DNA of 64,000 nucleotides from Podarcis liolepis (lineage: Eukaryota). A program made the position numbers and the translations under genes. The notes under the pieces were generated by a model. It ran no database searches, was not told where the DNA came from, and saw nothing but the letters and a program-made list of their open reading frames with translations. Shown here in pieces: positions 1 to 12,429 of the stretch; position 1 is the first letter of the stretch, and each line of letters opens with the position of its first letter. The stretch is from the NCBI GenBank assembly GCA_965112155.1, contig OZ218108.1. The stretch is one strand, 5' to 3'.

Positions 1-151
1 CCCTGTTTTTCAAAAGCCAAGCCATGGACCCCTTAATTTTGAAAATGTTGATATCTCTATGGTAGTTTTTGTTATGTGAATAGTGCCACGGAGCCCCTGG
101 AAGGGTTACGCAGACCCAAGGAGTCTGCAGATTACCAACTAGAAACCATTG
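1..151. mobile_element. hAT-Charlie-type MITE, cut by the window edge
   Basis: Reverse-complement homolog of 52695-52880 (shared TTTTCAAAAGCCAAGCCATGGACCCC and GATATCTCTATGGTAG). Confidence 0.75.
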
Positions 152-166
152 CACTATATACAATTA

Positions 167-392
167 CAGTGGTACCTCTGGTTACGTACTTAATTCATTC
201 CGGAGGTCCATTCTTAACCTGAAACTGTTCTTAACCTGAAGCACCACTTTAGCTAATGGGGCCTCCTGCTGCCGCTGCGCTGCCGGAGCATGATTTCTGT
301 TCTCATCCTGAAGCAAAGTTATTAACCCGAGGTACTAGTTCTGGGTTAGCGGAGTCTGTAACATGAAGCGTATGTAACCCGAGGTACCACTG
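167..392 (+). mobile_element. Tc1/mariner (Tigger/pogo-like) MITE, family A, 226 bp
   Basis: TIR CAGTGGTACCTC...GAGGTACCACTG, flanking TA on both sides; seven copies in the window. Confidence 0.9.
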
Positions 393-422
393 TAGAAGGG
401 CAGCACAGTTTATACACATTTA

Positions 423-423
<1 letters not shown>

Positions 424-474
<51 letters not shown>

Positions 475-536
475 GTTTTGCCATGAGTCTGGCTCCTAAA
501 GTAACCAGATTTCTTTCTCCCTTACCACTCGGTTTT

Positions 537-579
<43 letters not shown>

Positions 580-679
580 CCTGTCCATCTGACTGGCTGA
601 CCCCAGCCATTTCCTGGGCTGACCAGCTGTACCTTATGTGACCTTTTGACTCTAATAATAATAATAATAATGATAATAA
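424..679. repeat. Cluster of three (AAT)n microsatellites (424-473, 541-577, 653-679)
   Basis: Direct reading; the second and third abut L2-type 3' ends. Confidence 0.95.
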
Positions 680-1569
680 ATTTTATTTATATCCTGCCCT
701 CCCCAGCGAAGGCCAGGCTCAGGGCGGCTAACAAGCAATAATAAAAACAAGTTGAATGAATACAACTTAAAAACAAGATTAAAATACATTTATTTTAATG
801 GCTAAATAACCTTGTCTAAACCAAAAGCAACCTATTTATAACTACAAACAAATGCATAATGGCTGGAGTTTCGTTTCCTTATGTCGGCCCTCAATAATAT
901 TCCACTCGTGTTGTCACTATTTCTTCTTTCCCTTGAATATTCCAATCACTTATACTTGGGATGATCTCAAACTGAGGCAGATAGACTTCTCAGTCGCTTT
1001 TGCTTCCATCCATCAGGGACTTTTGAACTCTTCCACTCATAAAAGCCTTTTGTTATGGGAGTAGGCGGGTCTAAAAAAACACCTCTCAGTGCCCAGAACG
1101 CTTTAGAACACAAAGAATATATAATTTGATCAACAACTTCTTGAAATATAGCAAAAGAAGTGCTGAAATGTGCTGGAAATAATTTGCAACTGTTATTGAT
1201 GGCTTTTGTCATAGCATCTGCATATATTTGAAAATAACAATACTTTTGAATTGTTCTCATGGAAGCAATTTAAAAGTGATGTTATTTAAAAGTGATGTTA
1301 TTTACACATTGTGGCTGTTGTTACATTTTTTTCATATTTGGTCAGTACTCCATGTAAGGTATCATTCAGGAATCTATTCTCATGGTTAAATTAAAATTAG
1401 TGTTCCATCGATGAGATCTGCATGAGAAAGGACTGGTGAATCAGAATAGCTGATACAATATCCTTTTCCACTGAACATTAGGCTTTGTTTTTGAAAAGGA
1501 ATGTGTGGAGAGGGCAGCTAAACCCACCCTCTTCCCACACCTTACCTCACTTACCCCTAAACAGCCTTC

Positions 1570-1881
1570 ATCCAGTATACCTGAAGGAGCATCTCCACCT
1601 CCATTGATCAGCCTGGACACTGAGGTCCAGCTCCAAGGACCTTCTGGCAGTTCCCTCACTGTGAGAAGTGAGGTTACAGGGAACCAGGCAGAGGGCCTTC
1701 TTGGTAGTGGCACCTGCCCTGTGGAACACCCTCCCACCAGGTGTCAAGGAAATAAACAACTATCTGAGTTTTAGAAGACATCTGAAGGCAGCCCTGTTTA
1801 GGGAAGTTTTTTAAGTTTGATGTTATAATTTTCTGGAAGCCACCCAGAGTGGCTGGGGCAACCCAGTCAGATTGGCAGGAT
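1570..1881 (+). mobile_element. L2-clade LINE 3' end
   Basis: Degenerate ORF2 C-terminus (..RTLRSS..LLAVP..RAF.VVAP.LWN.LP..FRRHLKAALF) and 3' hairpin region GCCACCCAGAGTGGCTGGGG. Confidence 0.8.
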
Positions 1882-1893
1882 AAGAATAAGAAT

Positions 1894-1998
1894 GTTGTTG
1901 TTGTTGTTAAGTCGTTTAATCGTGTCTGACTCTTCGTGACCCCATGGACCAGAGCACGCCAGACACTTCTGTCTTCCACTGCCTCCCGCAGTTTGGTC
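1894..1998 (-). mobile_element. RTE/Bov-B extreme 3' fragment
   Basis: Encodes LTKLREAVEDRSVWRALVHGVTKSQTRLND, (CAA)n tail, TSD AAGAATAAGAAT (1882-1893 and 1999-2010). Confidence 0.9.
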
Positions 1999-2515
1999 AA
2001 GAATAAGAATAGTGAACTCCATTGCTTTAAGCACATTTTCTCTCTTTCTGGCTTATTACCCATATTGCAGTTGGGTTCAGGAATAACTGTTTAAACACAG
2101 CATAACACAGTGAGCTAAGGTGGGGAAAGAGGTGAATGGGATCTGTGTGCGCATGACTGCCCCGTTACATCTAGTTTGGTCCTCAAAAAGAGTTATGAGT
2201 GCTGCCTTTTTTATTTTTCTTGGCAGCCATTTTTTTTTTTTTTAATGGCTCTTGCCGAGAGGAGAAAATTGGGATTTTCCGGAGGCAGTGGTTCTTCTGG
2301 GACAGGAGCCAAAAACCGAGCCAAAAACCATGATGAATCATTACAGTTGGAGGGTATGACTTCAAATTCAGTTGAACAAGTTCAGAATCCATACTACCAT
2401 TCTAGACTGTGCACAGTTCCCCTGTCCCCTGCTGCCATCACTGTTTTGACCCATATCTCCAGAATGGCTTGCAAGAAAATGGTAATTCTGGGGGTAGGTT
2501 GTGGCAGCATATCTT

Positions 2516-2574
2516 TCTACGTAAGGGCTCTTGGACACCCCATAAGGAAAAAAGGGCAGATTTTGTTTACAACA
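2516..2574 (+). mobile_element. 3'-terminal fragment of the same LTR family
   Basis: GGGCTCTTGGACACCCCATAAGGAAAAAAGGGCAGATTTTGTTTACAACA matches the reverse complement of 57789-57837. Confidence 0.7.
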
Positions 2575-3789
2575 TCTTCTTGTCATGTTACAGAGTCCAT
2601 GCTAGTTTGGAAAGTGGAACTGTACTAACTATAGCCATTCCATGTGTTTACAAACCAGCTTTTGCTACCTTGCAAGCAACTTCTTGTCACTCTGCCTGTG
2701 TTTCCTTGCCCTTCTATCTAGTCCTGCTAATGAAATGGAACAGGCTCGGCCCAGTTTGAAATGCTCGCATCCATTTCAAATGATGCACTTATTTCCCAAA
2801 GTTCACTTGAGGTTATTGTCACATTTTGAAACTGTAATAAGATGACACTGCTTAACATAATTAAGAGCCAATGCAAATATTAGCCGTGAACTGTAAGGCG
2901 TTCGGAGCCAAAGAATACGCAAACACAGTTTGCATTTCCTCTTTGCTGCAGCCGCCAAATTGTCCCTCTTTATGCAATGTGAATTTGATCCATGCAGCCT
3001 TTTCGGAGGCACTTTATTTCATTCTCTGAAGCCTTTTTGGAAACAAAAACACAGGGCTTCTAGGGATCGCCTCAACCTATATACACAACTCTCTTCGCCT
3101 TCCCTTACCACAGGCTAATACATGAAAAATATCTTGGAAAGCAGAAATAGCACTCATAATTTACTCAGTTTGCAACAGAGTATAGACATAACAGTGAGCC
3201 TTTCTGCAATTCCCTGTTATGTGTGGCTCAAAGTAGGGAAGATTTTTGTGAAAAAGAATAAATACCATTAGGAATAGAGAAGGATAAGTTTCATAAATGG
3301 AATTTGGTGGTTCTGAATCCGTTGGGCTTAGCTCACACTAGACTGCCTCTTGTATTATGTCTCAGTCACTAATGCACTTAACAACAAAAGCTTGAGTAAT
3401 TAACTGCAGAAATATGTGCACAATGCAATAAAAGTCAAGACCCTTGCTGTATTACACTTCTGTAGCTTAATTTTATATAAATGCATGCATATTTTTATAC
3501 AGCTATATGCATTTTTGTATGTGTCTATGTGCTGGTTATTTTAGGAAACCTGAAGTATATATGCATAATTATATTATATGCAAAAATTGCTCCTACTTTT
3601 AGGAGAGCTTGGGGCTTGTTTTAAGTAAAGTTAAGGAGTGAGATGGGAATTAGAAGGAAAAAATCCACACAGATAAGCTCAGCATCGAGATTTTCAGAAA
3701 ATTTCATCACTAAGTAATATGCAAGGGGGTGGGACTGACTTGAAAAAGACATTGGGAGTTTTATGTTCCTATGATGTGTAGGAAGGTCA

Positions 3790-4378
3790 CATAACTTGAT
3801 TCAGCTCACAATTAAAGGTGAACCTACCTAATTCACCCTTTCTGAAACAATAAATGAACCAAAACAGCAGTTCTTTGAAATTTGCATTTTTCTAAATCTT
3901 GTAGTGTTGTTCTCCATCACAAGTAATGTGTACACAAATGCACATAGTGGGATAAAATGTGTGTATAAATTGTTAAGTTGTGGGTGAACATATCAGACGA
4001 CACAGTGATTCTTCAAATAGCTCTTGTTTATTCACAGGCCAGAACAGAACAGAACTGAAGGGTTCAGTCAGCCTGCTTATATAGAGCTCTAGTACAACGT
4101 AACTGTAACAATTTCCTAAAACTATCCAATCACTGGACGTCACTTTCGATCCCTTATTTGCATAACTATCTACAGTATCCCCCTGCTGGCCCAGGGTGAG
4201 AACTTCAGTACATAACATAAATGTGTATATTAGTGAAAACATTCAAAATGTATTAAATTAGGGAATTGCTTTGCAAAAGTGTGCATATTCAGCAAAATTG
4301 TATACAAATGTGGAAACGTGGAGAACCGATAATGAGAAAATGAGACAAACCAAAATTGACAGATTTGTCCATTGCTAG
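3790..4378. repeat. Unclassified old interspersed repeat hosting the 247-bp LTR
   Basis: AAATGTG(T/C)ATA-type motif-rich sequence continues across the LTR insertion; boundaries approximate. Confidence 0.45.
3971..4217 (-). mobile_element. Solo LTR, 247 bp, 5-bp TSD (Copia/Gypsy-type)
   Basis: TGTTA...TAACA termini, TSD TAAAT (3966-3970 and 4218-4222). On the minus strand: TATA box (4076-4083) followed by AATAAA (4027-4032). Confidence 0.85.
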
Positions 4379-5286
4379 TGATGTGACAGCTAAAGTCAGC
4401 AGAGATCAGTTTTGCCTAATACACAGTTGTTAAAACTATATTAGCAAGAGCAAGACGGAGTCTGAGAGAATGAGATTCATGAAAATACATTTTTGCCAGT
4501 ATCGTCGTTACTGAGCATATGAACCATGCTGCACTTCTTCCTCTGCCTCCAAATTGTTGTTCCTGGATTTAGGAAAGGTCGACATCATTTCCAGCACATT
4601 TATCCAAGCTCAGTATTTGGTTACAGCCAATTCTGTTTTGCAAGCCAGAATGGAGAAACGTAAAGCACAAACTCATCAAGTTGAGCTCATGAGCCATGCA
4701 GAAGGGGCTTTGTTTAGCAGTATCAATAGTCCTGTAAGCAGTACATCAGCAGCCTGGGATCAGATTTTGGAAGCATAAACTCTTGTGCAAGTACAAGTCT
4801 CCATTCGCATTTGAACCTTCTCAGCAGAATCTCAAATTATGGATTTACTAATATTTTTATAGTGTTATAAGTTTGGGAGAGGGGGACTAGGCTGTAGGCT
4901 GGAACAACAATTTGGGGGTAGAGAAAGAAGTGCAGAGGTGGTTCATATGCTCAGTAACAACAATACTGGCAAAAATGATGTCTAATGTCTGGAGCCCCAC
5001 CCCATCTAATGCCTGGAATAGCCAGGCTAGCTTCCTAATGAGACGATGGCTTGGATGATGGACCACTAAGGGAAACAAAAGAAGTGGACCTGTGTGAGAT
5101 GGCAAATGGGTGTGGGGGGCCGTCCCCAACTCACAGGTAGTTAGAAAGACAAAGCCAGGGTTGAGAGCCAAGATATCATGATGTGAGCTAGAAGAAAAGC
5201 AACAAACTGGTAAGGGGGGGGGTGATTTCTATTTGAATTCAAGGCTAAGGCAATGAGAGAAGCAAGAGCCTTTGGGAGTCCTAGAC

Positions 5287-5802
5287 TAGGGTTACCAGAT
5301 GTCCCAGTTCCCAGGGACAGTCCCCGGATTTGCAAATCTGTCCCCGGACAAATTCAATCCCTGGAATGTCCCCAGATTTGCAAATCTGTCCCTGGGAAAC
5401 GTGGCAGCGGCAACCTCAGCAGCTGGTAGCACAGTTGGCTCTGGCTGGCTTCAGGAGCTGCTCGCTGCCGTGGCGTCCGCCATTCTTCCTCGCCGGAAGT
5501 CCCCATATGATGTGTCTTGTGCGCCTATGATGTGTCTTGAGCGATCTCCTGCCCCCTTCCCCCTTTGTTTTGACTGATTGGGGGAGGCTTGGGCAGGTGG
5601 CCATTGCCCCATTTTTTATAAACTCTGTGCATTTATGTTTCACAGGGTGCGAAAGAAGGGATTTGCACCTCTATACAATATGCATGTGTGCTTGACCCCA
5701 GGGTCTTTTGCCTCACAATCCCCACTACTGACTCCCTGTTGCTACTCAGCTTCAAAAAAAAAAGTGTCCCTGGATTTATTGAAAAAAAATCTGGTAACCA
5801 TA
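5287..5802. mobile_element. Non-autonomous hAT element, 516 bp
   Basis: TIR TAGGGTTACCAGAT / ATCTGGTAACCATA, perfect 8-bp TSD TCCTAGAC, repeated subterminal GTCCC motifs. Confidence 0.88.
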
Positions 5803-8043
5803 TCCTAGACTCAGGTTGTATATATGCATATACATATATGTATGACATTACAGTCTCTACTGTGCTTCATTGCAACAGAAACACAACCCTGGGTAAGAGC
5901 CTGGAAACCCTGGAATCTCGTATACCTCAGAGATTGGGTTGGGGTGCAACAATATGCAGAATATTTACAATATATTTACAACAATTTACAATATACACTG
6001 CTCCCCTTTTTCTATGAACTCAGGCAAGCCATAGTACTTCCCTGCTAAAACGAACAAAGTGTCTAATATCCTCACATTCTGAGAACACATATAGGACCTG
6101 CAATATGATGGAATGCTCTCATTTATGGTGCCTGCCAGCCAGCAATGTCCTCTCTTCCATTTTGTTCTCCTCACCTCGCCCCCCGAAACAGCCAGCCATT
6201 ATTCCATGGCTACTGAGCATGCTCAGTCCTTATTGCACTGATCTGGGGTCTTCACACCTTCAGGGTTGCTTCCTAAAGATTGTGTGTATGTGTGTCGCTT
6301 CTCTACTTCTGAAAACCTTGCGTTTCCCTCCGTTGTGCATGGACAGTGCAATTTTGGCAACAAAGGGATCCACTCTTCTTAGAGAATGAGGGCCATAAAA
6401 TGATCACTCTTCTCTTTGTTTTCTGTGATGCAGTACAATTTTAGGATACATTTTTAGTGTCCATGAAAGATTCTTTTTGCACCTGACGAAATAAATGCTT
6501 ATAACAGTGCATGCAACAATGAAATATATTTCTCTGGAGTAACCATTATTTTGTCGCCAAAAGTTCACAGTGCTGAAAATGTGGTTAATATGCTGTTCTC
6601 ATCTTTCCATGCCATTTAAACAAGTTTCCTTCTATTGTTAAATGCACATTAAGAATACGGTGCTTAAAAGAAACCCTTCAATTGACTATTGCCATCTCTT
6701 TACGGGAACTTAAAATATATATATCAGGAACTAGAATTCTATTGTTAACATGATTTTGAAAAATAATAGCCGTACATGATTGATAATGGCTAGATCAGCA
6801 GATCTCAAGGGCTCTATCCACAAAATGGTATCACAGACAGAAATATGGGGTTTCAACTTGTGGATCAAATGAGAAAAGCAGACAAGCTATGGGAGAAAAT
6901 GAAAAGTAATTGGAAGACTATACCACAGACGTCTGTAAGGCAGAAGTTACTGCCCTCTATACGACGTGGTGATTACAGAGTAACAACTAGCAATGGTATA
7001 ATCAGCCAAAGCTTTACAGTCAAACTATGGCTCATTTGGATGCTTCCCAACAATTTCTAAAAATAAAACTTTGCATGAATAGATGCCATATGGGAATTCT
7101 TAGACAGTTTTGGGCAACTGTGTTATTTTGGTTTACAAAACTGTAATATAGGTCATACATATGAATGTTGTAGTTACTGTAGTTGTCCCGAACTATTTTA
7201 GCAGAGATTGCTTATCCTGCAAACGTTAAAAGGATCGCTGCTCAATCTGTGTAGACAGTAACATGTAATGGGAATAATATAATTTCAAAATCTGATGATT
7301 GCTTGGCTGAGTATGTTATGCCAAGCCTAGGCACCTCTCTGATGTATAAGCCTTTTCACAAAGGAGCACTTTCAGATAAATAACATTCTTTTTGAAACCC
7401 AGGGTGGCACAAGTACAAGTAATAAATGCACCACTTCAGAAACCATGCTTTTCATGGATCCTTAACACAGATGGGTTACTTGGAAATAATAATCATTGAA
7501 CTCAATGGGATTTACTTCTAGGAAAAGAAGCTTAGGTTTGCTGGTCAATGAACCCTTCCAATAGCCTGCATGTTCACTGAATTATACACAATCAGCTTAA
7601 ATGGGCTTTATTATATTCCATTAAAATTTCAGTGGAAAGCTTTCATTTCATAAGTTTATCAGTAACAAAGAAGGAATGACAGCTGCAAATAGAATATTAT
7701 AACTTCAGAGTTTTTAGTTTTGATTACTGAATATGAGTAAAATAAACAGGCCACATTAAATCACTCCCTAGGGCATCAGAAAAAAATTCTGATGCAGACT
7801 GAATTATTTTTCAATGCAAGTTAACCTAACTCAATTTTTTATTGGAAACCCACATTCTTGTTTGACAGTGCTTCCAAAATATGGAGTTATCAAATCAAAA
7901 ATTAGTCAGCCTACCACTTTTCTGCTCAAGCCTTGCCTTTCTTTAGTAACATATAATGAAACGGTATTAACCATGGCTTCAGGAGGCTACAAATGTGTTT
8001 ATGACCTGCACTGCTGGAAAAAAGTGGTTGTAATATCACTCCT

Positions 8044-8081
8044 AAACAAACAAACAAACAAACAAACAAACAAACAAACAA
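8044..8081. repeat. (AAAC)n microsatellite
   Basis: Direct reading. Confidence 0.95.
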
Positions 8082-8135
8082 AAAACAACCCTCTGGATCC
8101 CGAGGACTGTAACAACTATCAGTCAGTTGCAATTA

Positions 8136-8377
8136 CAGTGGTAACTCGGGTTAAGAACTTAACTCGTTCTGGAGGTCTGTTCTTAACCTGAAACTGTTCT
8201 TAACCTGAAGCACCACTTTAGCTAATGGGGCCTCCCACTGCCGCTGCACCGCCACCACACGATTTCTGTTCTCATCCTGAAGCAAAGTTCTTAACCTGAG
8301 GTAATATTTCTGGGCTAGCGGAGTCTGTAACCTGAAGCGTATGTAACCTGAAGCGTATGTAACCCGAAGTACCACTG
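8136..8377 (+). mobile_element. MITE family A, 242 bp, inserted in an L2 fragment
   Basis: Same TIRs and body, TA TSD. Confidence 0.9.
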
Positions 8378-8554
8378 TATATCCTTCCTGAGTAAGGTGA
8401 CTAAATAGGTGGCCGCTGTGAAACTCTGTCCTGTTTAGGATGACTCTGGGTAACCGAATTCATTTCAGTCTGGTTTGAAGCTTGGGTTTGGCACAGGAAG
8501 TCTCGGTTGCTGTTGCATACACCAGATAAAAGTGACAGGGAGTGTGACCTAGCT

Positions 8555-8700
8555 CAGGTATCGCCAACCTTTTCACACCAAGAACTCACTTTTTAACCCA
8601 AAAATCTTTTACCGTATATTTGCATGGTGGTTCGTGCGACCCACATTGGATCAGGGCGCAACCCGCTAGTGAGCTCCAACCCACCAGTTGAAGTCCAGTG
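8555..8700. mobile_element. hAT-Charlie-type MITE, 146 bp
   Basis: Degenerate CAG...CAAC / GTTG...TG termini; flanks ACCTAGCT/ACCTAATT. Confidence 0.6.
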
Positions 8701-8994
8701 ACCTAATTGAAGTCCCCAGGACCTCTTAGCAGCTTTTGATACCTGACCATGCATTAAGATAGTCACTGGAGGCTCTTTGTCAAATGTCCCTGCTGGTGAC
8801 AGTCAGGTGTTATGAAAGTGATACCCCACTTATTTATTTATTTACTTGTCAGCATTTATAAACTGAAGTTTTACGGGTCGGGGAAAGCCTGGGCAAATTT
8901 AATTGTCCATACAAGTGGACTGAAGCAACTGTTTCACATCGGACAGAGGGAAAGATGTTCCATAATACAGGGGCAATAGCAGAAAATACCTGTA

Positions 8995-9236
8995 CAGTGG
9001 TACCTCGGGTTAAGTACTTAATTCGTTCTGGAGGTCTGTTCTTAACCTGAAACTGTTCTTAACCTGAAGCACCACTTTAGCTAATGGGGCCTCCTGCTGC
9101 CGCTGCGCCACCACTGCACGATTTCTGTTCTCATCCTGAAGCAAAGTTCTTAACCCAAGGTAATATTTCTGGGTTAGCGGAGTCTGTAACCTGAAGCGTA
9201 TGTAACCTGAAGCGTATGTAACCCAAGGTACCACTG
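8995..9236 (+). mobile_element. MITE family A, 242 bp
   Basis: Same TIRs and body, TA TSD. Confidence 0.9.
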
Positions 9237-9312
9237 TATTGGGGTCTTCGCCCAATGATACGCTATAATAAGGTGTGGTGCCATAAACAGAATTTTCCCA
9301 GATGGTCTAGGT

Positions 9313-9618
9313 CAGGGGTGGCCAACTCCCAAGAGACGGCAATCTACTCACAGAGTTAAAAACTGGCAGTGATCTACCCCCTTTTGGGGGGTTCAGGTCA
9401 AAGTTGTTGAGTTTTTTTTAGAAAGGAAAGCCCTGTTTTTTAGGGGTTCAGGTAAAAGTTGACCAGGTTTTTTTAGGGAGGAGGAAAGCACCATTTTTGG
9501 GGGTGCAGGGCTAAAATGTTGAGCTTTTTTAGGGGGACCAAAGTTGTTGAGCCAGTGATCTACCTCAGACATCCAGTGATCTACCAGTAGATCACAATCT
9601 ACCTGTTGGACGTGCCTG
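9313..9618. mobile_element. hAT-Charlie-type MITE, 306 bp
   Basis: CAGGGGTGGCCAAC / GTTGGACGTGCCTG termini, TSD GTCTAGGT/ATCTAGGT, internal degenerate tandem repeats. Confidence 0.82.
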
Positions 9619-12084
9619 ATCTAGGTGATCTTGCACGTCTGTATAGTAGCAAGTGGTCTTTCAAGTAATGTGGTCCCAAACTGGCCAGAGCTATATATGA
9701 TAACCACAAGACCTTTGACATGACATGGGAGCTGACTGACAGCCATTGCAGTTCCTTCAGCACAGATGTAGGTTGTGAACATTCAGGTGTTCCACTCAAC
9801 AGCCTGACTGCAGTGTTCTACATCAGCTGCACTTTCCAAACCAGTACCAAGGGAATCCCTATGTAGAGTGTATTACAGTAGTCCAGTTGTAAGGTTACCA
9901 ACACATCAATCACAGTGACCAAGCTGTAGCTGGCACACCAACCTATGAACTGCTTTCCACAGGAAAGTTTATCTGGTGCCTGCTCTTCTGCTATTCCGGC
10001 GCCAGATGTTTCTCCCCAACCTTTTTAAATATTAGCTTAATGTGGTTTTAAATCTCTAAGACTAAACTACTTCATCTGTTTGGATATAACACCAAAAATG
10101 CAGGTATGCTGTAGGGGTCCCGTCCACCCTGAAATCTGTTCTGAATTCCTGAAGTTATGAGGTTTCCAAGTAGAAGTCTGAGTTCATGGATGCTATGTTG
10201 GGAGTATGTTTTATTGCTTGCATAGTGTGAAAGTTAAGGCAGGATGCTAAGACTTAGCTTAACATTTCCATTTTTAGTTGTATTTTTGGTGCGTGAGTGA
10301 ATTTGTCAAGGGCTTAACTGTTCCCTTAAACCAAAAGATTTTTTTATCTATCCTCAAATTTCCTTCCAGTGTTTCCATGTCCTTCTTAAAAGGTGGTAAT
10401 CAAAACTGAACACACTGTTCTGGATTATGCCTATCCAGTATTTATCTAGTTGAATATTATGTCAGTTTAACCTTATTAGTCCAGGATCTTACTATTTGCA
10501 AAATATGTGAAGAGAACTTAACCTTCTCTAGTCACTGGAGATGAAGAATAGAAGCTTTATCTCAAAGCAAATTGTGAGTCAGGTCTCATCAGTGGGCTAC
10601 AAAAGCACAATGGGTGGGTTGCCAATATCCCTGCTAAAACAGGAGGCAACGGGGGATGAAACTCTTTGGTGGTTTTTCAACATAGACTATTTCACTGGTG
10701 CATGTATCCCCTGAGAAAATAGTTTGGGAGCTGCTGCCACTTTATAATCTTTTCTGACTAAGAGGATTTCAGTGATGAATCAGACTTTTTGCACGGAAAA
10801 GGAATTCATCAGAACACTTTCAGTCTCGGAAGAATACTAAGCCATGGTGTCACTATGTGCTTAGTGAGGTGCAAGCAGTACTGAGGATTCCTTCAAGAAG
10901 ATACTCTCCCGTCCAAAAACCCCCCACCCCAGACACTCAGACACAATGGGTTGTATCAATGGCCATGAGCAATGTTCCACTCATGCAATGGAACTTCCTT
11001 TCCTCTTACCATGTGCCCCAAAATCTGCTCCAGAGGGCTGCAAGGGAGAGGAAAGCAGGGTTCTGTTGCACACGCAGCCGTGTTGGAGATATATTGTACT
11101 TCCTCACTGGGAGCTCCATCTTTGGAGGTGCTACAGCAGAGCATTTTCAGTGGGTCCCCTTAGCCCCCCAAAGTGGGGCATGCAAACAGAGAGTTTTCTT
11201 ATACTTCCTGTGACCTTGTTGGGTGCTCTTGAGAATGGTGGAGACACTTGGTTAAGGTTTACAAAGTTCAGCTATTGCAAAAGTTAATTTTATGCCTTTT
11301 TGAAAATCACCATGGTATTTAGCAATAACATCTTACGTCCTTTAGAGGAGAAATTATGAATTGCAGAATTTTAAATGCCCGTCATCATCCTTGGCTTCAG
11401 CCAATTTTGTTTATTACACTCTTCCATTTTCTTCTAGTCGTGAGGGGGGATGGAGAGGGGCCTCTCTTCATCTAAATCCAGTCCTGGTTATGCTGAGCTT
11501 CATGGCTAGTGGGCGGAGAAGCCAAAGTGCCTCCCCTTACTGGCTCCCAAAAATGCTTTTCCCCAGGAGACTGAAAGCTGTGGTAGTAGGTAAGAGTATT
11601 TATTGATGTTGTGTCCTATTTAGGGGCTTCCCTGAACCATCTTGTTTGCCACAGTGGGAAAGAGGTTGCTGGAACATGTGGGCCCTTGGTTTGAAGAACA
11701 GCGTGGCTGTTCTTAAGCTCTTAGGTTCAAAAAGAGTTTGCACGCAAAATGAAATTTTTTGGACTCACCAGGAATGGCCAGTGGGAGAGGTGGAGGCATG
11801 CACCTGGCCTCACACCAGCAGAGTCATTGGAAAGGAGTGAGGTGGTAGGGAGGTTTGTGTTGTGCAGGTGCACCAGCAGAACCAGTTCAGCACTCCTGCC
11901 ATTGCACCAATCACCCCATCCCCTCCTGCTTCCCAGCAGGCACCATTGATTCCACTGCTAGGAGACCAAATATGTGATGGTGCTGCTGCTCACTCACCAA
12001 CCATTCCTGGTACCTTGTTGGAGATTCCTCTTCATCACCTCCAGAACTGCAAATGTGTAAAGGCAAATTAACATTCCTTCCTTA

Positions 12085-12429
12085 AAGGTAAAAGGGACCC
12101 CTGAATGTTAGGTCCAGTCACGGACAACTCTGGGGTTGTGGCACTCATCTCGCTTTACTGGCCGAGGGAGCCGGCATACAGCTTCCGGGTCATGTGGCCA
12201 GCATGACTAAGCAGCTTCTAGCGAACCAGAGGAGCACACGGAAACGCTGTTTACCTTCCCGCCAGAACAGTACCTATTTATCTACTTGCACTTTGACATG
12301 CTTTCGAACTGCTAGGTTGGCAGGAGCAGGGACTGAGCAACGGGAGCTTACCCCGTCGCAGGGATTCGAACCGCCGACCTTCTGATCGGCAAATCCTAGG
12401 CTCTGTGGTTTAACCCACAGCACTACCCG
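12085..12429 (-). mobile_element. Sauria SINE
   Basis: tRNA-like head with B box, ACCTTT-type tail, TSD CCTTCCTTA (12076-12084 and 12430-12438). Confidence 0.9.

Larger units (their letters stand above)
8012..8760 (+). mobile_element. Old L2-like ORF2 fragment, interrupted by a microsatellite, a MITE and a hAT element
   Basis: WKK.VV..LL...LDPEDCNNY..VA motif typical of the L2/CR1 linker-RT region; boundaries approximate. Confidence 0.6.
8830..9950 (-). mobile_element. Old L2-clade LINE 3' portion with nested MITE and hAT
   Basis: ORF 9599-9799 reads VLKELQWL...KVLWLSYIAL..LGPHYLKDHLLLY, an L2 ORF2 C-terminal signature; boundaries approximate. Confidence 0.7.

Noticed and set aside
960-1050. 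Serpin-like motif (FYEW.SS ... EVYLPQF)
   Set aside because: The two pieces are in different frames and the following residues do not continue a serpin pattern; probably coincidence.
8151-9255. Near-identical ORFs at 8151-8375 and 9010-9255 as a duplicated small gene
   Set aside because: Both are antisense readings of MITE family A copies.
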